Assembly: GCA_038883775.1 (NCBI GenBank)
Contig: JAVZLM010000007.1
Coordinates: forward strand, 1-64,000
DNA length: 64,000 nucleotides
Direction of reading: 5' to 3'
Source: Candidatus Bathyarchaeia archaeon
GTDB taxonomy: Archaea > Thermoproteota > Bathyarchaeia > Bathyarchaeales > Bathycorpusculaceae
Part shown: piece after piece, positions 31,618 through 41,497 of the stretch
Numbering within the stretch: the first letter of the stretch is position 1
How the letters are laid out: every line of letters begins with the position of its first letter
Program-made: the position numbers and the translations under genes
The notes under the pieces: generated by a model
Told to the model about the DNA's origin: nothing
Seen by the model: only the letters and a program-made list of their open reading frames with translations
Database searches by the model: none

Positions 31618-31977
31618 TTGCCGGGTTTAAGTGACATATTCCGAAGATCTAAGAAAACTGAAAAAGAAATAGAAGCCAAAAGTATTCCCGGCAAAACCTA
31701 CTTGAAGGCTATGCCCCTCCGCGATTTGTCAGATTTAGATTCTGTGAAAAACGAGGTGAAATTGGGAAACATCCTTATTCTTAGGATAACGCCTCTCGCA
31801 AACAAAAGTATAGATGATGTTAAAAGGGCAGTGAATGAACTATGTGAGTTTGCCGAGTCGATAGGCGGCGACATTGCAAGATTAGGCGAAGAACGAGTGG
31901 TAATATGCCCCGCGGGTATTAGGATTTGGCGAGAAAAAACACCAATGACAAATGAACCAATACCCACAGCAGCTTAA
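31618..31977 (+). CDS. sepF: Cell division protein SepF
   Basis: Amphipathic N-terminus (MPGLSDIFRR), 'GNILIL.I' and 'IGGDIARLGEERVVICP'. Confidence 0.88.
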   Translation: MPGLSDIFRRSKKTEKEIEAKSIPGKTYLKAMPLRDLSDLDSVKNEVKLGNILILRITPLANKSIDDVKRAVNELCEFAESIGGDIARLGEERVVICPAGIRIWREKTPMTNEPIPTAA

Positions 31978-32163
31978 ATGTGCGCTCTATGACGTTAACA
32001 TCACGTTTTCATACAACCTAAAAATTTAATCAAAATAAAATAAGCCTCTAAATCCTACATGAAGCACCTAATAAGATAATCCAGAATACTCAAATTTGCA
32101 TGCATAAGACGAAACCTTCATAAAGAAGTAATGTCAACTTTGTGGATTTGACGGGTGAGGCTA

Positions 32164-32544
32164 ATGTCAAAACCCTTTTACGTAAAATTTGAAGTTCCAA
32201 AGGAGGTCGCAGATGCAGCCTATGAAGCCCTGCAAATAGCCGCAAAAACGGGTATGGTTAGAAAAGGAACAAATGAAACTACAAAGGCTGTTGAAAGAGC
32301 TCAAGCAAAACTTGTAGTTATAGCTGAAGATGTTGACCCACCAGAAGTTGTGGCTCACTTGCCCCTCCTATGCGACGAAAGAAAAATACCGTATGTATTT
32401 GTTCCCAGCAAGGAAAAGATAGGCAACGCCATAGGCATAGACGTTTCAGCCGCTTCAGCATGCATAGTTAAGGAAGGAGATGCGGCAGGATTAGTTAAAG
32501 AGATAATTACACGAGTTGAAGCTTTGAAAAGAGGAGCAAAGTGA
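32164..32544 (+). CDS. rpl7ae: 50S ribosomal protein L7Ae
   Basis: '[13 protein letters not shown]' and '[15 protein letters not shown]'. Confidence 0.98.
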   Translation: MSKPFYVKFEVPKEVADAAYEALQIAAKTGMVRKGTNETTKAVERAQAKLVVIAEDVDPPEVVAHLPLLCDERKIPYVFVPSKEKIGNAIGIDVSAASACIVKEGDAAGLVKEIITRVEALKRGAK

Positions 32545-32771
32545 TGAGCAAAGAAGAAAAGGAAGCTGCAGAGGAAATAACCCCAGCAGAAGTTATTCAA
32601 ATCATCGGACGCACAGGCGTAACAGGCGAAATTACCCAGGTTAGGGTTCGCATCTTAGATGGAAAAGACAAGGGACGCATAATAACACGAAATGTTAAAG
32701 GACCAGTGCGAGTTCAAGACATACTAATGCTCAGAGAAACAGAGAGAGAAGCAAAGAAAATTACCAGATAA
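32544..32771 (+). CDS. rps28e: 30S ribosomal protein S28e
   Basis: '[11 protein letters not shown]', 'RNVKGPVR' and 'ETEREA'. Confidence 0.98.
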   Translation: MSKEEKEAAEEITPAEVIQIIGRTGVTGEITQVRVRILDGKDKGRIITRNVKGPVRVQDILMLRETEREAKKITR

Positions 32772-32803
32772 TCAAAAATCAAATTATTAAGAGGGTATTA
32801 GCT

Positions 32804-33001
32804 TTGCCTAAACCACGAAAATGCTCCTTTTGCGGCAACGAATTCCCAGCGGGAACTGGAATAATGTACGTTAGAAATGATGGGTCAACCTTGTGGTTTT
32901 GTTCAAGCAAATGTAGGAAAAGTTCCTTGAAATTAGGGCGGGATGCGCGAAAACTCAAGTGGACAAAATACTTCGGCAAAGAAGAGAAGGGAAAAGCTTA
33001 A
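32804..33001 (+). CDS. rpl24e: 50S ribosomal protein L24e
   Basis: CSFCG...GTG.MYV...FCSSKC...KLKWT. Confidence 0.97.
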   Translation: MPKPRKCSFCGNEFPAGTGIMYVRNDGSTLWFCSSKCRKSSLKLGRDARKLKWTKYFGKEEKGKA

Positions 33002-34533
33002 GCTAAATTACCTTTTATTTTCAACAATTTTTCCCATAAAGGTTTGTTGTGGATGCACCCGATGTCTGGCGAGTTAACGTTTCCGTTGAAATAGCTGAAG
33101 GCTCTCGCTCGGCACCCTCCGCATATGTATTTGTCTGGGCAACTTCCACAACCAACCCTTTTTCCGTCAACAATGCAGTCTTCAAGGTTTTCTCTTATAC
33201 GCAGTTTCCATAAAAGCGGATGCTTATCCCATATCTCTTCAAAATTGTCTTTAAGTATGTTGCCTAAAACTGTGCTCTTATTTGTTGGAAAGAAGACGCA
33301 GGGTTTTATGTCACCGTTGGGTTCAATACAACAGTATAAGCGCCCAGCCCCGCATCCACCCAAAAAGTTTGCGACGCTTTCTACGCCCTTTTTTGCTGCG
33401 TAGTGGGCTTCAACCATGAATTTTTCGCCAAACTGCTGTGAAAGTTCTTTTGTTACGCTGGCGTATTGTGGGCATGTGCTGAAAAACTTGTCAACTTTTA
33501 CCTTTGATTTTCCACTTTTCAGTTCTTCCTCTTTAGCTTGCAAGTACAACTCAATTATCTCTTTTCCTATTGTTTCCAACACATGAAGCCGCTGGTCTGG
33601 GGTTAAGTCCAATTCAATATATGCCTTCGCCCTTCCAGTTGGAATGTAATTAAAATGCATGAATCTCACGCCTAACTGCTTTGATAATTCTATTAGTTTG
33701 CTGAGTTCGGAAAGGTTATCGCGGTGGATTGTTGTTGCAATACACGTGTCTATGCCCGCTTCTACACAATTTTTGACGCCTTCCATGGCTCGCTCAAAGG
33801 CGCCTGGTATTCCCCTAAACTCGTCATGCACGCTTGGTGTGGCACCGTCGATGCTTATTTCTGCATAATCTATTCCAGCATCCTTAATCTTTTTCGCATT
33901 GTCTTTAGTGATAAGTGTCCCATTGGAGGCTATGCTCACATATCCTATGCGTTTTTTGGCGTAGGCTGCAAGTTCGAAGAAATCTCTTCTGACGAGAGGT
34001 TCGCCTCCGCTGAAGGATAGAGCTGGCAAGCCTATGCCCGTAATTTTTGAAAGAACATCTAATACTTGTTTGGCCTCTTCTGTTGAGAGTTCTGGACGTT
34101 TTCCGCCACCAGCATTTTCATAACAATGCTTACATCTCAAATTACATTGGTAAGTAAAGTTCCAAACAATTTCGAAGGGACCAGCAGGCGTAAATGGAAC
34201 ACGCACACCATACTTTTCGATGCCCTTCATCATTAAGCCGAAGCCTCTAAGCCAAGCCTCACCATACTCTTTATTAAGGAACTGATTACGCATGAATTTT
34301 TTATCTACACGTAGAAAAATGCTGCCAAGAGCATAAAAGGGATTGGCGATTTTTTGGCTTATGTATTTGCATGGTGGACATAAAGCCAGAGGTTCGCCTA
34401 AAAATTCCTTAAGAGAATTTAGAAGCAAACTGCCATCTGTTGCACATTCTCTGTCCAAAAGACCAATCAAACGTCTAAGGATAGGATTAACTGTAACTGA
34501 GAATAAAGCATTTTCAACCGTGTCAATTTGCAT
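32998..34533 (-). CDS. Radical SAM protein with SPASM domain
   Basis: [14 protein letters not shown], and SPASM cysteines 'GCGAG...GDIKPC...CGSC...CGGCRARA...C'. Confidence 0.92.
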   Translation of the reverse strand: MQIDTVENALFSVTVNPILRRLIGLLDRECATDGSLLLNSLKEFLGEPLALCPPCKYISQKIANPFYALGSIFLRVDKKFMRNQFLNKEYGEAWLRGFGLMMKGIEKYGVRVPFTPAGPFEIVWNFTYQCNLRCKHCYENAGGGKRPELSTEEAKQVLDVLSKITGIGLPALSFSGGEPLVRRDFFELAAYAKKRIGYVSIASNGTLITKDNAKKIKDAGIDYAEISIDGATPSVHDEFRGIPGAFERAMEGVKNCVEAGIDTCIATTIHRDNLSELSKLIELSKQLGVRFMHFNYIPTGRAKAYIELDLTPDQRLHVLETIGKEIIELYLQAKEEELKSGKSKVKVDKFFSTCPQYASVTKELSQQFGEKFMVEAHYAAKKGVESVANFLGGCGAGRLYCCIEPNGDIKPCVFFPTNKSTVLGNILKDNFEEIWDKHPLLWKLRIRENLEDCIVDGKRVGCGSCPDKYICGGCRARAFSYFNGNVNSPDIGCIHNKPLWEKLLKIKGNLA

Positions 34534-34696
34534 GAAGTCTTCCCTTTGCGATGTTTTTAAAGAGTCCCTATTTAATTATTTTTGGTTAAATTAACTGATT
34601 TTTCTGACTCACATATATCTTTTTTAGATATATATCCCTGACCGAAAGAACTGCTTTATTAAGAAATGCGATAAAACTTTTAAAGAAGGAATCTAT

Positions 34697-34915
34697 ATGG
34701 TTGCCAAAAAATCACGACAAAAAATTAACTTGCTAAATATGTCCGATCTCGAAAAAATTAAAGTCATACGGGAGCTTAAACAAAGCCTACGACAAAAGAT
34801 CATCGAAGCAAAATTGTGGCAATCCTTTGTAAACACAGAAAGCATAACTATAAACGGCGAAACCATCCAATGGAAAAACATAGACTTCAAAGGAATCAAT
34901 CTCAACGAAATTTAA
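34697..34915 (+). CDS. Small hypothetical protein
   Basis: 72-aa ORF with AAAACTTTTAAA (BRE/TATA-like) just upstream. Confidence 0.5.
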   Translation: MVAKKSRQKINLLNMSDLEKIKVIRELKQSLRQKIIEAKLWQSFVNTESITINGETIQWKNIDFKGINLNEI

Positions 34916-34976
34916 GCATAACGCATAACCACAATTTCTTCTTTCATTTTTAGAAGGATTAGCCATAGAGAAGTTT

Positions 34977-35055
34977 TGGTAGCGGGGGGTCGATTTGAAC
35001 GACCGATCTCTGGGTTATGAGCCCAGCGGGTTAATCCTGGCTACCCCACCCCGCT
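34977..35055 (-). tRNA. Initiator tRNA-Met (CAT), CCA encoded
   Basis: Reads AGCGGGG...CTGGG CTCATAA CCCAG...GGTCG TTCAAAT CGACC CCCCGCT ACCA. It has the A1:U72 pair, three G:C pairs in the anticodon stem, and no intron. Confidence 0.97.
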
Positions 35056-35155
35056 ACTTTATTGCTGGTTAAAGCCTTTCTTAAATCTTTTTGGGAAACA
35101 GCCTTTAGTAAAAGATTTTAGTTGCGAAATCTTTAGGGATTTTGGCTGATGCTTT

Positions 35156-35800
35156 ATGGATAAGCCCTATTTCCGTCAAATATTCAATCCAGTTTTGGAG
35201 AGCCCAGTTTTTGTTGAGGGACTTCCTGGTTTTGGAAATGTGGGAAAGATTGCAGCGCATCTTTTGATAAAATTTTGTGGGGCGAAACCTTTTGCCGAAT
35301 TATATTCGCCTTCTTTTCCGGATTATGTTTCCGTAAATTCTAAGGGGATTTGCCATTTGCCCCGTTATGAGTTTTATGCTGCGCCTATGGAGAAAAACGA
35401 TTTTATCATAATGACTGGGGATACGCAGCCTTCCTTTGATGATGTGGTTGCCCATTATATGTTGTGCAATGAAATTTTAGATTTTGTTGAAAAATATGGT
35501 TGCAGCTTCATTACAACAATTGGCGGAGTCCCAATAGCAAGCGATAAGGCAGAAGTTTATGTGGCTGCCACATCACCGAGGCTTGCAGCAGAGTTTATGG
35601 AGAAAGGCGCAGTAATATATAGTAAAGGAAGAATTGTGGGGGCTACGGGCTTACTGTTGGGACTTGCAAAGGAACGCGGTTTAGAAGGCGTATGCCTATT
35701 GGGTGCTACAACAGGTTTTAGGGCTGACAGAGGAGCAGGCTTTGCAGTTTTCAAATTTCTCATGAAAGCCCTTGGTAATGAAGTAAAGGAAGGGTTATAA
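35156..35800 (+). CDS. PAC2-family proteasome assembly chaperone-like protein
   Basis: 'VEGLPGFGNVGKIAA', 'GDTQP', 'TIGG' and 'IVGATGLLL'. Confidence 0.88.
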   Translation: MDKPYFRQIFNPVLESPVFVEGLPGFGNVGKIAAHLLIKFCGAKPFAELYSPSFPDYVSVNSKGICHLPRYEFYAAPMEKNDFIIMTGDTQPSFDDVVAHYMLCNEILDFVEKYGCSFITTIGGVPIASDKAEVYVAATSPRLAAEFMEKGAVIYSKGRIVGATGLLLGLAKERGLEGVCLLGATTGFRADRGAGFAVFKFLMKALGNEVKEGL

Positions 35801-35842
35801 GAGGAAACCCAAATTTTAAATGGTTAAAAGGAAAGTGAATAC

Positions 35843-36079
35843 ATGAGTGAAGGAAAAGGAGTAAAGAAAACTCGCAAGGTTGATTTGAGCTCAAAGTTTT
35901 GGAAAACCCTTTTGCTGGTTTTGGCTGCGCTCCTAACCTTTGGGGGACCATATGCTGTTTATATGCTTAACATTGTTCTTGAAATAGACTTTGCTGTTTC
36001 AATGGTTTCCGGATTCGTCCTTTTCATAGTGGGCTTAGCGCTTATATGGTATTTGATTAAGAAGGGCGTTGTTTCTTAA
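35843..36079 (+). CDS. Small two-TM membrane protein
   Basis: Two hydrophobic helices flanked by Lys-rich ends. Confidence 0.65.
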   Translation: MSEGKGVKKTRKVDLSSKFWKTLLLVLAALLTFGGPYAVYMLNIVLEIDFAVSMVSGFVLFIVGLALIWYLIKKGVVS

Positions 36080-36080
36080 A

Positions 36081-36135
36081 GCCTCAGATACCCCAGGGTG
36101 CATCATCTTTTCAGACGAGCAGGTTCTTCATCGGC
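36081..36135 (-). ncRNA. C/D-box guide sRNA
   Basis: Minus strand reads GCCG-ATGAAGA(C)-ACCTGCTCGT-CTGA(D')-AAAG-ATGATGC(C')-ACCCTGGGGTAT-CTGA(D)-GGC. It has a terminal GCC/GGC stem, is intergenic, and has TTTTTAA ~25 nt upstream. Confidence 0.85.
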
Positions 36136-36227
36136 AAAATATAAAGGGGCTTTGCTTGTTAAAAATTGTTCGGTTGCAGATGCTTAGTTAGCAAAGCATA
36201 TAAGATATGCTATAAGATATAATAGTT

Positions 36228-36821
36228 ATGCAAGAAAACGAAAAGAAGAAGCTTGAAGAAATCATGAAAAAAAGTGAAGAACCCGCAAAAAGGACAACGA
36301 TAATTCTGGAGAAAGAGGAAAGAGAATTTATCGACTCATTAATTCGGGAGGGGAAGGAGCCAGGCATAAAACCGCTCATTTCAAAATTGCTTGATGTTTA
36401 TAGGAGCATGATGATTTATGATTGGCGGTTTCCAGGAGAATGTTATTGTGGCATTAGCCGAATGGCGTTCATAAACGTGGAATTAGTCAACATTCTCATA
36501 AACAACATTCCAAGGGAAAAATGGCACGAAATAGGAGCGAAAATGGGTGAAGCCGCGAAAGTTTCTATGGAGGCAACCTTGGGAATTCAAACCGCAGACC
36601 GCGAAAAATGGCAAGAAGTTTTCAAAAGGTTAAGGGTGCAGGGGTTTGGCGACATCTACCTAAAAGACAAATACATCCTCATAAAGGCACCATTCATCAA
36701 TGAAGCTGAAATTTGGGCTGGATTTTTGGAAGGCTTACTCAACATAGAAATCGACATAAAGACAACCACCTCACCCTTTGTTTTTGAAGTTAAAGAAAAA
36801 AGTGTGGAGCAAACAAAATAA
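36228..36821 (+). CDS. Putative regulator: ribbon-helix-helix-like N-terminus plus V4R-like ligand domain
   Basis: 'RTTIILEKEEREFIDSLIREG' at the N-terminus, then 'EIGAKMG', 'QGFG' and 'AGFLEGLL'. The domain call is a by-eye inference. Confidence 0.5.
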   Translation: MQENEKKKLEEIMKKSEEPAKRTTIILEKEEREFIDSLIREGKEPGIKPLISKLLDVYRSMMIYDWRFPGECYCGISRMAFINVELVNILINNIPREKWHEIGAKMGEAAKVSMEATLGIQTADREKWQEVFKRLRVQGFGDIYLKDKYILIKAPFINEAEIWAGFLEGLLNIEIDIKTTTSPFVFEVKEKSVEQTK

Positions 36822-36835
36822 GCCACGCCAAAACA

Positions 36836-37918
36836 ATGGTTTATGGAGAGAGTTGGATGACGTTACCCTTACATGAGGCAATGTTATATGAACAGTTTGA
36901 GAACAAGAAAGTTAAATGTAACTTATGCGGAAGAAGATGCATCATAAAGGATGGTGGAACAGGTTTCTGTTTGGTAAGAAAAAACGTTGGCGGAACCCTT
37001 TTTTCCCTTGTTTATGCTAAGGCTATTTCAGCGTGCGTAGACCCTATAGAAAAGAAGCCCTTATCGCATTTTAACCCCGGAGCCTTGGTAATGTCAATAG
37101 CCACGGTGGGCTGCAACTTTCGCTGTCAGTTCTGCGATAACTGGATGATAAGCCAAGAGAAAAAAATTGAGGGAAAAGATTTCCCACCAGAAGAAGTTGT
37201 TAAAGCAGCTAGAGATAACGGTTGTCAAGGTATAAGCTACACCTATACTGAGCCGACAATATTTTTTGAATACGCCTATGAAACCGCTAAGCTAGCTCAT
37301 CAAGTGGGATTTTTCAACACTTTCGTAACGAATGGGTATATGACGCCTGAAGCCGTTAAAACCATAGCGCCATATTTGGATGCTGCTACTGTAGATTTTA
37401 AGGGCGGCGGAGACCCAGACTTTTACAAGTCCTTTTCATCTGTTCCATCTGTTGAGCCAATTTACGAAGCCCTAAAAGAAATGAAGCGAAATGACATTCA
37501 TATTGAAATAACGAATCTTGTTGTGCCAAAAATTGGAGATTCCATTGAAAAAGTAAAGGAGTTGGCAGCTTGGATAAGGGAAAATCTTGGCAAAGACACG
37601 CCCTTTCACCTATTACGTTTTCATCCAGATTATCAGTTGACAACGATTCCATCAACCTCCATTGAAACTTTAGAGAAGGCTTACATGGCTGCGAAAGACG
37701 AAGGATTAAATTATATCTATATTGGTAATGCGCCTGGGCATCCTTTAGAGAACACTTATTGCCCAAGCTGCAACGAGTTGCTGATTAAACGCTTTAGTTT
37801 CGAGATTACAAGATGGAACTTGACAAAGGATATGCACTGTCCAGTTTGTGGAAAGGAAATTCCAATTAAAGGTAAATTGCACCCAAGCGGATACGCTTAT
37901 CCTTATGCTTTGTTTTGA
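36836..37918 (+). CDS. amrS: AmmeMemoRadiSam-type radical SAM enzyme
   Basis: 'CNLCGRRC...GFCLVRKN', DPIEKKPL, GCNFRCQFCDNW.ISQ, YTYTEP and 'RFHPDY'. Confidence 0.9.
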   Translation: MVYGESWMTLPLHEAMLYEQFENKKVKCNLCGRRCIIKDGGTGFCLVRKNVGGTLFSLVYAKAISACVDPIEKKPLSHFNPGALVMSIATVGCNFRCQFCDNWMISQEKKIEGKDFPPEEVVKAARDNGCQGISYTYTEPTIFFEYAYETAKLAHQVGFFNTFVTNGYMTPEAVKTIAPYLDAATVDFKGGGDPDFYKSFSSVPSVEPIYEALKEMKRNDIHIEITNLVVPKIGDSIEKVKELAAWIRENLGKDTPFHLLRFHPDYQLTTIPSTSIETLEKAYMAAKDEGLNYIYIGNAPGHPLENTYCPSCNELLIKRFSFEITRWNLTKDMHCPVCGKEIPIKGKLHPSGYAYPYALF

Positions 37919-38176
37919 TGTTTTGGTTTGTGCAATATCTTTTAGCCCACTCATTAAGAGTCTAATACTTTTTGTTAGATTGTTCAAATCCAACTTCTAC
38001 TATGTTCTAAAAACTCGGTTTAGCCGTCTTTTTCACGCATCCTTATGAAGTACCAAAAAGGGGCAAGTATTGGTTTATAAAAATCATTGGCAATTGGGCA
38101 TGTGACTAGCGACTCGCGTAAATATTATATGAAATCTGCGAGATAGGTGTTACCATAAAATTGGAAAGTGATTTGA

Positions 38177-39649
38177 ATGAAAGGGAAAGCGTGTTTGATA
38201 ACAATGTTAACAGTCCTTCTTGTGGTTGTTGTAGGCGTAACAATAAAAGTTGAATATGTTAAAGCTGACGGAACCATATACATTCGACCTGATGGATTTG
38301 TTTATCCGTCAACTGCGCCCATAAATCGCTACGGAAACATCTACACTTTGACTGATAACATCATTAATAGCTCTATCATAGTGTTAAGAGACAATATTGT
38401 GCTTGATGGAGCTGGAATTTACAGAATTGAAGGACCGCCTGAGTACCCTTCTAAAGGAATAGATCTCACTGGAAGAAATAATGTAACTATAAGAAACATG
38501 GAAATAAGGTCTTTTTACTTCGGGATATTCCTAAACATGACAACAAACATTCGAATAAATGGAATAGCAGCAAACCGCACAGGTATTTACGGTTGGAATT
38601 CTTCAGGCATCATTATCCACGGAAATAATTTTCCAAGCGGATACATTGATCTTGATTACTACTGCTCTAATATTATAGTTAGTGAAAACATGATATCAGA
38701 TGGAATCATTAGTGTTGACTCCAATAGCACAATCTATTGGAATGCGGTGTCAGAAGGTTTCATCGATGTTGGTTCAGACAATATTGTATATGAAAACAAC
38801 GTAACAAATAGCTGGGCAGACGGAATATCTATGGGCTCACGAAACAAAGTCTTCAGAAACAATGTGGTGAACAATAGTCGTTATGGCATTCATGTTTGGT
38901 GGGGTGGCAAATACAACATCATCTGCAACAACAACATAATGAACAATCGTTGGGTTGGCATTTATCTTGATAGAGCCGATGAAAATGTGATTTTCCATAA
39001 CAACTTTATCAACAATGGAAATAATGCTATGGCTGACCCTGAAGCCGATCTTAACCTCTTTGATGCTGGTTATCCCGCTGGCGGAAACTATTGGAGCGAC
39101 TATGCGGGGGTTGACGAAAAAAGTGGTCGCTATCAAGACCAGCCTGAAAGCGACGGCATAGGAGACACACCCTACATTATACCCGAATGGGGGGTCGGTG
39201 TGCCAGAGCATTCTGACAATTACCCGCTCATGGGTCCAATCAACATCTTTGAAGCTGGAACATGGAATGAAACAGAATACTTTGTTGATATTGCCAGCAA
39301 TTCGACTGTTTCTAGCTTTTACTTTAACCCAGCTGAAGGCCCCTTTGTAAAGTTTAATGTGACTGGAGAGACTGGAAGAGGCTTTTGCAGAGTAGCAATC
39401 CCTAAGGACCTGTTGTGGGTGGAAGATGAAGAATGGAACATTCTCGTAAATGACCAGACGGCGAATTACACGTTGTTTGAGGATTGGGACTTCACTTACT
39501 TATACTTCACTTACAACCATTCCACAAAGACCGTTTTAATTCAAGGAACCAATGTTATACCAGAGTTCCCAACAACAACTCTCCTTGCATTTCTAACAGT
39601 CACAGCTATTACCACGATACTAATAAGGAAAAAGCACAATAGAAAATGA
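38177..39649 (+). CDS. NosD/CASH beta-helix surface protein with PEF-CTERM sorting signal
   Basis: Signal peptide, Asn/Ile-rich repeats, 'GGNYWSDY', 'DGIGDTPY' and 'DNYPL'. The C-terminus is VIPEFP, a TM helix, then RKK. Confidence 0.88.
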   Translation: MKGKACLITMLTVLLVVVVGVTIKVEYVKADGTIYIRPDGFVYPSTAPINRYGNIYTLTDNIINSSIIVLRDNIVLDGAGIYRIEGPPEYPSKGIDLTGRNNVTIRNMEIRSFYFGIFLNMTTNIRINGIAANRTGIYGWNSSGIIIHGNNFPSGYIDLDYYCSNIIVSENMISDGIISVDSNSTIYWNAVSEGFIDVGSDNIVYENNVTNSWADGISMGSRNKVFRNNVVNNSRYGIHVWWGGKYNIICNNNIMNNRWVGIYLDRADENVIFHNNFINNGNNAMADPEADLNLFDAGYPAGGNYWSDYAGVDEKSGRYQDQPESDGIGDTPYIIPEWGVGVPEHSDNYPLMGPINIFEAGTWNETEYFVDIASNSTVSSFYFNPAEGPFVKFNVTGETGRGFCRVAIPKDLLWVEDEEWNILVNDQTANYTLFEDWDFTYLYFTYNHSTKTVLIQGTNVIPEFPTTTLLAFLTVTAITTILIRKKHNRK

Positions 39650-39752
39650 CAACTTAACCCTATTTTTTAATCGGAAGTGTTTTCACGGTTTAGATTGATC
39701 TTGATGCGTTGTGTTTTAATAATCTCGCAACTAAAATAATTATTGAAAGGAA

Positions 39753-40844
39753 ATGTGGAGACTTCTTCGTCCAGATGCGATGGCTGTGCTTAATGATGAG
39801 ATGGCAAGGAAAAGCCTAAGTAGATACTTTGCCATAGTAGAAAATGAGAAGCTAGCAAAATTTTTGATAGCAAAAAAACTTGAAGCAGAATTCAGCGAAA
39901 ATGATTCTTTAGAAGAGCTTTGGCGAAAACATGTGAAACTTACAGAAGAATTCTATAAACTTCAAATGGAAATTGACGCTAAACAAGAAAATTTGAAAAC
40001 GATGCTTGTTCCAGAAAAGTCTTATCTTGACTTGAAAATAGAAATCGCCGAAAAAATCCTCGTTAACTGCCATTTCTGTACTCGCAGATGCGGAGCAAAC
40101 AGGGTTGAAGGCAAACTCGGCTTTTGCAGATGTGGTTCAGAAATTATGGTTTCGAGCATTTTTGAGCATGTTGGCGAGGAGCCAGAGCTTGTACCTTCTG
40201 GAACAATTTTTACTATGGGCTGCACCATGCGCTGCAAACACTGCCAAAACTGGACAATTTCCCAATGGATGGAGAAAGGCGAAGCTTACAAGACGGAAGA
40301 TTTGGCTAAAGAAGTGGAAAATTTACACTTAAGCGGTTGCAGAAACGCTAACCTTGTAGGCGGAGAACCGACACCTTGGCTGAAGCAGTGGTTTGAAACC
40401 TTCAAAAATGTAAACGTGAATATTCCAGTTGTTTGGAACTCAAACACATATTATAGTCCAGAAACAGCCCAACTTTTAGCTGGATTCGCAGACGTTTACC
40501 TATTGGACTTCAAGTATGGACCAGGCGAATGTGCCGAAAAGATTTCCGAAGCCCCGAACTATTGGGAAGTTTGCACACGCAACCATTTGGAAGCAAAAAA
40601 TTATGGCGAACTAATAATTCGCATACTAGTTTTGCCGGGTCATTTGGAATGCTGCACAAAGCCGATTATAAACTGGATAGCTGAAAATTTGGGTGTGGAA
40701 ACCAGGGTTAATGTGATGTTTCAGTATAGACCAGAATGGCGAGCTTATGAAATTCCAGAATTGCGCAGGAGACTTACTAGAGAGGAAATGGAGAAGGCAT
40801 TGCATTTTGCTAAGGAAGCGAAACTAACCAATTTTATCACATAA
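39753..40844 (+). CDS. PflX-like radical SAM protein
   Basis: 'CHFCTRRCGANR..G..GFC', 'HVGEEPELVPSGTIF..GCTMRCKHCQNW' and 'QYRP'. Confidence 0.88.
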   Translation: MWRLLRPDAMAVLNDEMARKSLSRYFAIVENEKLAKFLIAKKLEAEFSENDSLEELWRKHVKLTEEFYKLQMEIDAKQENLKTMLVPEKSYLDLKIEIAEKILVNCHFCTRRCGANRVEGKLGFCRCGSEIMVSSIFEHVGEEPELVPSGTIFTMGCTMRCKHCQNWTISQWMEKGEAYKTEDLAKEVENLHLSGCRNANLVGGEPTPWLKQWFETFKNVNVNIPVVWNSNTYYSPETAQLLAGFADVYLLDFKYGPGECAEKISEAPNYWEVCTRNHLEAKNYGELIIRILVLPGHLECCTKPIINWIAENLGVETRVNVMFQYRPEWRAYEIPELRRRLTREEMEKALHFAKEAKLTNFIT

Positions 40845-40965
40845 TAAATGTGTCATTAAGATTTTTACGAAACATATATTTCATCCACATCCCTTGTTTT
40901 AAGGGATGCTCTTCATGATCTAAACTGGAGATGAAAAGACGACTGAAATAGTCTTCAATGATGAC

Positions 40966-41097
40966 TTGATTGTTCGTTGGCATAAATGTGACATTTGCAA
41001 AAACGACGCCTTTGTCGTTTATATATTGCAACTTGATAAGTGGTATTGTGCTGATTGCATTCGTACGGCATGCGAACTATTGAAAAGTTTGGAATGA
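40966..41097 (+). CDS. Unannotated CxxC...CxxC zinc-finger microprotein (or 5'-damaged gene)
   Basis: Translates as (M)IVRWHKCDICKNDAFVVYILQLDKWYCADCIRTACELLKSLE*. The frame is open from 40924, preceded in frame by ATG CTC TTC ATG ATC TAA. Confidence 0.55.
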   Translation: MIVRWHKCDICKNDAFVVYILQLDKWYCADCIRTACELLKSLE

Positions 41098-41198
41098 ATT
41101 ACTCAACCAATTACATGTCCACGTTATTTTTCATTTAAAAACCCTTTTATTTGGGGCATACACTCAATTCTTAAGACCAAAGATAAAATGGGATTAAA

Positions 41199-41405
41199 AT
41201 GCCATATTGCCCAGAGTGTGGAGGCGAAATGCAGTATATCTTAGCCACCAAACATTATGTCTGCAAAAGCTGCGGATTATCTGTGACACAGCAAGAGTTG
41301 ATGGAACTTAGAGAAAAACTTAGACCAACCTTTGAGACGGAGGAGGAAGAGCAAGAAAAGCGAAAAAAGGAATATTTGAAGTGGTGGCTAAGCAAGAAAA
41401 AATAG
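41199..41405 (+). CDS. Small zinc-ribbon protein
   Basis: CPECGG...YVCKSCG followed by a charged helix ending in YLKWWL. Confidence 0.8.
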   Translation: MPYCPECGGEMQYILATKHYVCKSCGLSVTQQELMELREKLRPTFETEEEEQEKRKKEYLKWWLSKKK

Positions 41406-41497
41406 GCGCTATTCAACTGTTTTTAACAATAAATTAGCAAACAGCATAAAAGCCAAATAACTTATTTTTGTTGTTTAAAAACGGAAACGTGAACAAG

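Noticed and set aside
32998-34533. Tetraether synthase (Tes) or GDGT ring synthase
   Set aside because: It lacks the N-terminal rubredoxin-like CPxC...CPEHG of Tes and shows no B12-binding domain. It is a generic SPASM enzyme.
32998-35055. Element integrated at tRNA-iMet, or a RiPP pair formed by the radical SAM/SPASM gene and the 72-aa ORF
   Set aside because: I saw no integrase and no duplicated tRNA end. The small ORF is divergent and lacks precursor-like features.
40958-41054. Second C/D sRNA (ATGATGA ... CTGA)
   Set aside because: The span is ~95 nt with no internal D'/C' pair. The zinc-finger ORF explains the region better.
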